Assembly: GCA_041615815.1 (NCBI GenBank)
Contig: JBFJCP010000013.1
Location: 1 to 64,000, forward strand
DNA length: 64,000 nucleotides
DNA from: Gemmatimonadales bacterium
Lineage (GTDB): Bacteria; Gemmatimonadota; Gemmatimonadetes; Gemmatimonadales; GWC2-71-9
Direction: 5' to 3'
Shown here one piece after another: positions 57,609-64,000 of the stretch. Position 1 is the stretch's first letter. Each line of letters begins with the position of its first letter. Both the position numbers and the translations under genes were made by a program. Under the pieces are notes generated by a model. It saw nothing but the letters and a program-made list of their open reading frames with translations, made no database searches and had not been told where the DNA came from.

Positions 57609-59320
57609 TCGCGCCGCGGCACCATGTCCAGCCCGCCGTCGCCGTCGCGCTCGACAAGTTCTTCGAGAGCTTTTACCGCCTCCACCCCGTGGATGCCACC
57701 TTCGTAGGCGTGCACGATCACGACACCGAGCTTCCGGACTGGACTCCCAGCGGATTGGCTCGAGCTACCGATGAAATGCGGGCCCTCGAGCGCGAGCTTG
57801 CCGCCTGCGAAGCCTCCGCCGCCCCTGGTGACGATACTATGCCTCGCGTGGACCTGGCCCTGGCTCGCTCGTACCTCCTAATCCAGCTGGCCGAACTCGA
57901 GAGCCCCAACTTTCAGCGCGGCAATCCCGCCTTGTATACCGGCGAAGCGTTGTTCGGGGTACTCGGTCTCATGCTGCGGGACTTCGCGCCGGTTCCAGTC
58001 CGTGTCGCGGCCATTGCCGACCGGCTGCTGCAGGTCCCGACGTTCCTGGCAGGGGGGATGGCGACCATTCACAAACACCCGGTCCCTCGACTCTGGTTTT
58101 CGCGTGCCATCCGCGAGTGCCGCGCCGCGGAGCGGTTGTTGTTGGACGGTTTGCCCATCTGGTGCCAAGGTCAAGCGCTCGACCAAACCCAATGGGAGCA
58201 TCTCCACGCCGCTGCCCGCGCGGCGTTGGTGGGATTCGCCACGTTTGGCGAGTGGTTGTCAGATCGGATGCCCGCCCAGCCCGGGGCCGGATCGTGTGGC
58301 GCCGACCTCTTCCAGCTTCTCATGCGCCGCGGGCATTGGGAGGAACGCCGCTTGGAGATTCTCCTGGAACGGGCTCTCCAGGAATTGGATCAGGAATCCG
58401 CACGGTTTGACGAGTTGGCGCGGCACACGGCCCCTGCAGGATGGCACGGAGTCAAGGCCACCTTGGCCGCGCGCCATCCTCCAGTGGAGCACTACGTGGA
58501 GGCGTTTCACACGCAGTGGAACGCCGCCCGCGCGTTGGTTGAAGAGCAAGGCCTCGTGACGTGGCCCAGCTACCCAATCCGGTACGTACCCATTCCAGGA
58601 TGGGCGCGCGCGGTCGCCGCCTCCACCTATTTCCTTCATTATCGTGCCCCAGCCCGCTTCGACCCCGTGGACGTTGTGGAGTATCTCGTGCCACCCGTGG
58701 ACGATGCCAAGGATCGCGCCGATCTGGACCGCCGACTGCAAGCGACCAACGACGCGGTCATCAAGCTGAACCACGTCGTGCATCATGGAGGCCTCGGTCA
58801 CCATGTGCAGAACTACTACGCGTATCGGGCGGCGTCACGAATTGGGCAAGTGGCCGCTGTGGACGGCGCGAGCCGCATCGCAATGTTCTTGGGTGGGACC
58901 ATGGCCGAGGGGTGGGCCTGCTATGCCACCGACCTCATGGAAGAGGCGGGGTTCCTCACTCCCCTCGAGCGGGTAGCGCAACAGCATCATCGCGTCAAAC
59001 AATTGACCCGCGCCGTGGTCGACATCTCCATCCATGTGGGAGCGATGACGGAAGCCGATGCCACCCGATTCCATGTGGAGCGCTCAGACATGACCCGGGA
59101 GGCAGCGCGTCTCGAGGTGACCCGCACTACGATGTTCCCCGGAACGGCCATCATGTACTGGCTGGGGACCAACGGCATTCACCGAATCCGTGCGGAGCGC
59201 TCGAGCGCTGCCGGGGGGCGCTTTTCGCTCCGGCATTTTCACGATCAGCTGCTTTCGTTTGGATCACTGCCGGTGCCTGTGATCGGTGAGTTGCTGCGAT
59301 CGGAACCGCCGGGAACCTAG
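57605..59320 (+). CDS. DUF885 family protein (cytoplasmic, variant metal motif)
   Basis: HPVDATFVGVHDHD, HHGGLGHHVQ, EGWACY, PGTAIMYWLG, FSLRHFHDQLLSFGSLP; ATG overlaps the upstream TGA. Confidence 0.85.
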   Translation: MIAPRHHVQPAVAVALDKFFESFYRLHPVDATFVGVHDHDTELPDWTPSGLARATDEMRALERELAACEASAAPGDDTMPRVDLALARSYLLIQLAELESPNFQRGNPALYTGEALFGVLGLMLRDFAPVPVRVAAIADRLLQVPTFLAGGMATIHKHPVPRLWFSRAIRECRAAERLLLDGLPIWCQGQALDQTQWEHLHAAARAALVGFATFGEWLSDRMPAQPGAGSCGADLFQLLMRRGHWEERRLEILLERALQELDQESARFDELARHTAPAGWHGVKATLAARHPPVEHYVEAFHTQWNAARALVEEQGLVTWPSYPIRYVPIPGWARAVAASTYFLHYRAPARFDPVDVVEYLVPPVDDAKDRADLDRRLQATNDAVIKLNHVVHHGGLGHHVQNYYAYRAASRIGQVAAVDGASRIAMFLGGTMAEGWACYATDLMEEAGFLTPLERVAQQHHRVKQLTRAVVDISIHVGAMTEADATRFHVERSDMTREAARLEVTRTTMFPGTAIMYWLGTNGIHRIRAERSSAAGGRFSLRHFHDQLLSFGSLPVPVIGELLRSEPPGT

Positions 59321-59407
59321 GTATCGACCTTGGCGTTGCGCAGCGGGGCGCGTATCAATTAGTAGACCCCGATGTCCTCAGCAGACCGTCAGCCAGTCAG
59401 GAGGCCC

Positions 59408-60457
59408 ATGTCGATCCTGCTTCGACTTGCCAGAGGTCCGCGGTGGCTTGCCCTGCTGGCCGTGGGTGCAGCACCGCTGCCGGCCCAGGAAGCGCCGCCC
59501 GGCTCCATCTCCGTCGCATTCGACATCGACCGTGCCTGGGTGCCGGACTCAACGGTGTACCAACCGTTCTTTGTGGCCGACCGAGATATCCGTTCGCTCC
59601 GTGACGCGGTACGAGAGAAGCTCTTGCACGAGGGCACACGCCTCTTGGTGTTGGAGCACGAGGCGGGCACCCTCGCGCTCGTCGTGGAGCAGATGGCCTA
59701 CCATCACGCGGCGCAGGGCGAAATGGCCGGAGAACCGTGGATGGTCTCGTTCTGACCCCCCTGTAACACGGGAGTCAGTATGACTCCCCTCATCGATGGC
59801 GTCGTCCATCATTTCGAGTGGCGCGGACTGTTCGACGGTGTGTCGATCCTGATGGATCGAGAGACGAGCACCTTGTGGCACCACATCACAGGCGAGGGCA
59901 TGTACGGCCCCCTGGCCGGGACGAAGCTTCCGACGTTCAATCTCTTACATATGACGGTGGAGCAAGCACTCGAGACCTATCCCCACCTGACGGTCGCGAT
60001 TTCGGATCGGCAGATCACCGGCGAGCCGAGTGGTTGGTCGCCGTGGCTCGAGAAGATTCCGGTACTGCGGGGTCGGTTGAGAACCACGCTGACCCGGGAG
60101 GATACCCGGCGTCCCACTATGGATGTGGGCATCGGGGTATGGACAGAGAACATGAGTCGGTACTACCCCTTGGAACATCTGGCCAGGCAGCATGCGGTGA
60201 TCCACGAGTTCGACGGTCGCCCGGTATTGATCTACTATGCGCCGGGTGGCCGTGCACCCGGAGCGCTGTACGTGCAATCGAGCACGGCCTCGGTGGACGG
60301 TGCAATCATCCGACTCGGCAACGGCGACTATCTGGAAAAGGGGCTGCTGTACAACGCCGCCGGCGAACGGAAGACGATGCAGCGGCCAATGCAGCTCTTT
60401 ACGCGCTGGTACGGGTTCGCGTTGACACACCCCGAAACCGAGGTGTACGAGCCGTAA
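59408..60457 (+). CDS. DUF3179-type exported selenoprotein (in-frame TGA = Sec116, UxxC)
   Basis: AGGAGG RBS and signal peptide. The frame reads MAYHH..GEPWMVSF-TGA-PPCNTG..GLFDG..LMDRETSTLW..ITGE...GPLAGTKL. TGA at 59753-59755 joins ORFs 59372..59755 and 59780..60457 in frame (349 aa). Confidence 0.85.
59770..59788 (+). promoter_or_regulatory. Putative bacterial SECIS element
   Basis: GGGAGTCA-GTA-TGACTCCC is a perfect 8-bp stem with a G-initiated loop, starting 14 nt after the in-frame TGA. Confidence 0.75.
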
Positions 60458-60504
60458 CGGCGAGCGTATCACCCCCGAGGGTTGGGATCGTGCACGCGGT
60501 CGCT

Positions 60505-62091
60505 ATGCGCTCATTGTTGCTCGTGCTCGTCGTGACGCTCGGGGCGTGCCGCGGCAAGGGTACTCCACCGCCGTCCAACGATCTCCTGATCGTCGGGTAC
60601 GATCGGGAACCCGACGTGCTCAACCGGTTCTCGACACATATCCTCGAGGACATCCACTCCTGTATCGTCGAAGGTCTGACAACCACCGACGAGCACATGA
60701 ACGTAGTTCCGGTGTTGGCGCGCGAAGTTCCCACCCCCGAAAATGGCGGCGTGCTGATTCGTCCCGACGGCGGAATGGACGTCACCTGGCGGCTCCGGCC
60801 GGGCGTGCGCTGGCACGACGGTACACCCTTCACTTCCGACGATATTGCGTTCACCGTCCGCGCCATCAACGATCCCGCGTACAATCCCGAGAGCACCGAC
60901 GGCTTCGATCGTATAGAGTCCGTCAGCACACCGGATTCCCTGACGGCTGTCGTGCACTACCGCGAGATCTACGCGCCGTATGCGATTCAGTTCTTTCGCG
61001 GCGCGTTGCCCCGGCATGTCCTCGAAGGTCGGGACATCGATCGTGCCACCGACTACAACCGGAACCCACTCGGGACCGGGCCATATCGCGTCGTCGAGTG
61101 GAGGACCGGCGAGTATATCCTCTTGGAGCGAGTCGACGATTACTGGCGGGGGCCCAACCTCCCCAACATCCGGCGCATCATGTTCAAGTTCGTCCCCAAC
61201 ACCAACACGCGGATCAACCAACTCCGGAGCGGAGAGGTCCATGTGGTAGCGTTGGTACCGTGGGACAAGGTGCGGGAGATCGAAGACCTCGAGCATCTTC
61301 GGATTCAGCGCATGGTGGGGAACAGCTATGAGCTGATCAATCTCAACCAGCGCGAGTTCCCACCGGTGCGTGACCTCCGGGTGCGCCGCGCGCTGGTGCA
61401 CGGTATCGATCGGGAACTGATCGTGAACACGATCTTGGACGGACTCGCGCCCGTCGTGCACGGCCCCATTCAGCCAACCTCATGGGCGTTTACCGACCGT
61501 GTGCGGACCTACGCATACGATCCCGCTACCGCCAAGCGACTGCTCGACGAAGCTGGGTGGCGCGACACCGACGGTGACGGCGTACGCGACCAAGACGGTG
61601 AGGCCTTCGTTTTCACGCTGATTACCCAAGCGGGGTTCGCAGTGCGAGAAAACGTGGCGCAGACGATTCAACGGCAGCTCCGAGACGTCGGTATCGATAT
61701 GCGCATCCAACTCATCGACGGCACGGCCATCAGTAGCTACTGGTTCGAGGGCCGGTTCGACGCGATGCTCCACTGGTGGCACATGCCGGCCGATCCGGAG
61801 ATCACGTTGTTCTTTGCGGGAGACCGGACGCCGCCGGCAGGTCGGAACATCAATTATTTCTCAGACGATTCGCTGACGACGTTGCTCTATGCGTCCGATC
61901 GCACGGTAGATCGGGACGAGCGGCGTCGCCTCCTCGTCGCCGCGCAGCAACGCCTGGCCGAACTGGTGCCGGAGATCCCCTTGTACAACATCACGCGCCT
62001 CGATGTCGTCCCGCGCAACCTGGCGAGCTTTCGGGGCAACCCCACGAACACGGGCATCTTCTGGAACGTGCACGAGTGGGAACTTCGGTAG
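60505..62091 (+). CDS. Peptide/nickel ABC transporter substrate-binding lipoprotein (family 5)
   Basis: Lipobox LGAC; LRPGVRWHDGTPFTSDD, GTGPY, VRRAL..GIDR, AKRLLDEAGW. Confidence 0.92.
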   Translation: MRSLLLVLVVTLGACRGKGTPPPSNDLLIVGYDREPDVLNRFSTHILEDIHSCIVEGLTTTDEHMNVVPVLAREVPTPENGGVLIRPDGGMDVTWRLRPGVRWHDGTPFTSDDIAFTVRAINDPAYNPESTDGFDRIESVSTPDSLTAVVHYREIYAPYAIQFFRGALPRHVLEGRDIDRATDYNRNPLGTGPYRVVEWRTGEYILLERVDDYWRGPNLPNIRRIMFKFVPNTNTRINQLRSGEVHVVALVPWDKVREIEDLEHLRIQRMVGNSYELINLNQREFPPVRDLRVRRALVHGIDRELIVNTILDGLAPVVHGPIQPTSWAFTDRVRTYAYDPATAKRLLDEAGWRDTDGDGVRDQDGEAFVFTLITQAGFAVRENVAQTIQRQLRDVGIDMRIQLIDGTAISSYWFEGRFDAMLHWWHMPADPEITLFFAGDRTPPAGRNINYFSDDSLTTLLYASDRTVDRDERRRLLVAAQQRLAELVPEIPLYNITRLDVVPRNLASFRGNPTNTGIFWNVHEWELR

Positions 62092-63032
62092 TGCTGCGCT
62101 ACGCGGCACGCCGGATCGCGGTCGCGGTTCCCCTTCTCCTGCTCATCTCGATGCTGGTCTTCGCTCTCACGCGAGCGGCGCCAGGGGGACCTGTCGAGAT
62201 GTATCTCGCGAACCCCAATGTGCGACCGGAGGACATCGAGCGGCTGCGGGTAGCACTTGGCCTCGATCAACCCTTGCTCGAGCAATACCTGGCGTGGCTC
62301 CGAGGGTTCGTGACCGGCCAGTGGGGGTACAGCTTCGTGGACGGCCGGCCGGTCACGACGCGCATCCTCGAGCGGCTCCCCGCCACCTTGGAGCTCATGG
62401 TCAGCTCCCTGGTGGTCGCGCTTGCGGCGGCGTTTCCGCTGGGAATCATCGCGGCGCTGCGGCAGCGGGGCTGGTTCGACCGCGTCAGTACGGTGGCGTC
62501 GTTCGCCGGGATCTCACTCCCGGTCTTTTGGTTTGGTCTGGTGCTGCAGTTGGTGTTTGCCATTGGGCTGGGTTGGTTGCCGTCGTCCGGGCGTTCGGCA
62601 TTCGGAGCCGGCGGAGTGGCCGATCGCCTGGAACACCTCCTGCTCCCCGCCACCGTTCTGGCCACGGTGCACGCGGCGGCCTGGTCGCGATTCCTACGCT
62701 CCTCCATGGTGACGGCGCTGCGCGAGCCCTTCGTCACCGCGGCGCGAGCCCGAGGCCTCACAGGCCGCTCCGTGGTGGCACATGCGCTGCGAACTGCCGT
62801 GCTGCCATTGACCACGGTGGTGATGCTGGACGCTGCCATCATGGTATCCGGGGCGGTTGTCACCGAGAGCGTGTTCGCGTGGCCCGGGCTAGGGAGTCTC
62901 TTCACCGAAGCCCTGGCCCGGCGTGACTATACCGTGCTGATGGCGTTTCTCATGAGCACGGCCACCGCGGTGGTGGTGCTCAATCTGTTGGCAGACGTCG
63001 CCTATCGGGTCGTCGACCCGCGGGTAACATGA
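62091..63032 (+). CDS. Peptide ABC transporter permease (DppB/OppB)
   Basis: APGGP, LGLDQP, RLPATLEL, TAARARGL EAA loop, ESVFAWPGLG, DPRV. Confidence 0.92.
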   Translation: MLRYAARRIAVAVPLLLLISMLVFALTRAAPGGPVEMYLANPNVRPEDIERLRVALGLDQPLLEQYLAWLRGFVTGQWGYSFVDGRPVTTRILERLPATLELMVSSLVVALAAAFPLGIIAALRQRGWFDRVSTVASFAGISLPVFWFGLVLQLVFAIGLGWLPSSGRSAFGAGGVADRLEHLLLPATVLATVHAAAWSRFLRSSMVTALREPFVTAARARGLTGRSVVAHALRTAVLPLTTVVMLDAAIMVSGAVVTESVFAWPGLGSLFTEALARRDYTVLMAFLMSTATAVVVLNLLADVAYRVVDPRVT

Positions 63033-63826
63033 CGGGCGCTCATCGAATCGTGGGGAGGATGGCCCTCGTCGGGCTCCTCGCGATGGCGGTTCTCGCGGTC
63101 TTGGCCCCGATTCTCACTCCGTACGTCCCCGACGGTATCGATCTGGCCAACCGGCGCGCGCCGCCTTCCCTCTCGCATTGGTTCGGCACCGACGAATTAG
63201 GCCGCGACGTATGCACGCGGGTTCTGTTTGGCGCCCGGGTCTCGCTGGCCATCGGCCTTCTCTCGGCCGCCGTGACCGCGGTGGTGGGATTCGTCATCGG
63301 ATCCGTGAGCGGTTATGCCCGGGGCTTGCTCGACGGAGTCCTGATGCGGCTCACCGATACGATGCTCTCGGTGCCCCGCTTGCCCCTGCTCATGATCTTG
63401 GCCGCCATTCTGGACCCCACGATCCCGATGTTGATCGTGCTGGTGGGCCTCGCCGGTTGGATGGAGACCGCACGCGTCGTGCGGGCGGAGGTGCTCTCGC
63501 TGAGAGAGCGATCGTTCGTGCTGGCGGCACGCGCTTGCGGCGCCCGGCCCCCCAGGATCGTGGGTCGGCACTTGCTTCCCAATGTGCTACCCGCCGCGAT
63601 GGTGGCGACCACGCTCGCCGTGGCCCGAGGGATACTGTTGGAATCGACCCTCAGTTTCTTTGGCGTCGGGGTGCAGCCACCGACGGCGAGCTGGGGCAAC
63701 ATGCTCTATCAAGCACAATCGACCATGAGCACCGAGCCATGGGTGGCGATCTTTCCGGGGATGATGATCCTGCTGACGGTCCTGGCGGTGAACGTGCTGG
63801 GAGACGCGGCAACGGGTGCCGCCTAG
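63029..63826 (+). CDS. Peptide ABC transporter permease (DppC/OppC)
   Basis: HWFGTDELGRD, GARVSL, AARACGA, HLLPN, ESTLSFFG, SWGNML. Confidence 0.92.
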   Translation: MTGAHRIVGRMALVGLLAMAVLAVLAPILTPYVPDGIDLANRRAPPSLSHWFGTDELGRDVCTRVLFGARVSLAIGLLSAAVTAVVGFVIGSVSGYARGLLDGVLMRLTDTMLSVPRLPLLMILAAILDPTIPMLIVLVGLAGWMETARVVRAEVLSLRERSFVLAARACGARPPRIVGRHLLPNVLPAAMVATTLAVARGILLESTLSFFGVGVQPPTASWGNMLYQAQSTMSTEPWVAIFPGMMILLTVLAVNVLGDAATGAA

Positions 63827-63852
63827 CTAGCGAGTCACCTACAGGCTTGGCA

Positions 63853-63879
63853 ACGCGGGCGCCACCTCGGCGCCCGCGT
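63853..63879. terminator. GC-rich hairpin between convergent genes
   Basis: ACGCGGGCGCC-ACCTC-GGCGCCCGCGT, an 11-bp perfect stem. Confidence 0.6.
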
Positions 63880-63894
63880 CGCGGTAGAGAGCGC

Positions 63895-64000
63895 TTAGGA
63901 ATCGTCGTCGTCGAACTCGACGTCCGTGAACCCATTCTCCAGCTCGAAGCCGAACTCCAACAATTGTCCCGTGGTGTCGTAATCCCACTGCGAAAGATCG
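63895..64000 (-). CDS. 3' end of a gene entering from the right edge (acidic C-terminus)
   Basis: Reads DLSQWDYDTTGQLLEFGFELENGFTDVEFDDDDS-TAA; too short to assign. Confidence 0.5.
   Translation of the reverse strand, partial: DLSQWDYDTTGQLLEFGFELENGFTDVEFDDDDS

Noticed and set aside
59372..59755. Treating 59372..59755 and 59780..60457 as two genes or a nonsense pseudogene
   Set aside because: The stop falls exactly on the first Cys position of a CxxC motif, the frame is preserved and a SECIS-like hairpin follows; Sec recoding explains this better.
59818..60504. N-terminal extension of the ABC substrate-binding ORF
   Set aside because: It overlaps the DUF3179 gene in another frame; the lipoprotein signal begins at ATG 60505.
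1..64000. tRNA (including tRNA-Sec), rRNA, CRISPR array, transposase, integrase or prophage
   Set aside because: None recognised by eye; TTCGAATC-like hits lack cloverleaf context and no regularly spaced direct repeats were seen.

Overview
GC-rich bacterial chromosomal window with no rRNA, tRNA, CRISPR array or intact mobile element seen. The gene content (many secreted hydrolases and lipoproteins, Ser/Thr kinase-PD40 protein, DUF1592/DUF1552/ankyrin cassette) suggests Gemmatimonadota or a similar soil/sediment lineage; this is inference only. About 50 CDS are supported. They include low-oxygen and purine metabolism genes: a selenium-dependent xanthine-dehydrogenase-type molybdoenzyme with a YgfK-like partner, a NirK-cytochrome c fusion, E. 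coli-type frdABCD and a large pyruvate kinase. There are also two ABC systems and many exported enzymes. The strongest hidden signal is a recoded gene at 59408-60457. The ORF track splits it in two, but an in-frame TGA sits exactly in a U-P-P-C motif of a DUF3179-type exported protein and is followed by a perfect SECIS-like hairpin. This is a probable selenoprotein in an oxidoreductase/DUF885/peptide-ABC operon. Other notable items are a serine-hydrolase lipoprotein that apparently starts at CTG, a kinase-propeller pseudogene remnant, active-site-altered DUF885 and creatininase homologues, two paralogues of an unnamed His-motif secreted family, and a degenerate purine-rich 8-mer intergenic repeat family. 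All family assignments come from motif recognition by eye; no database search was run.
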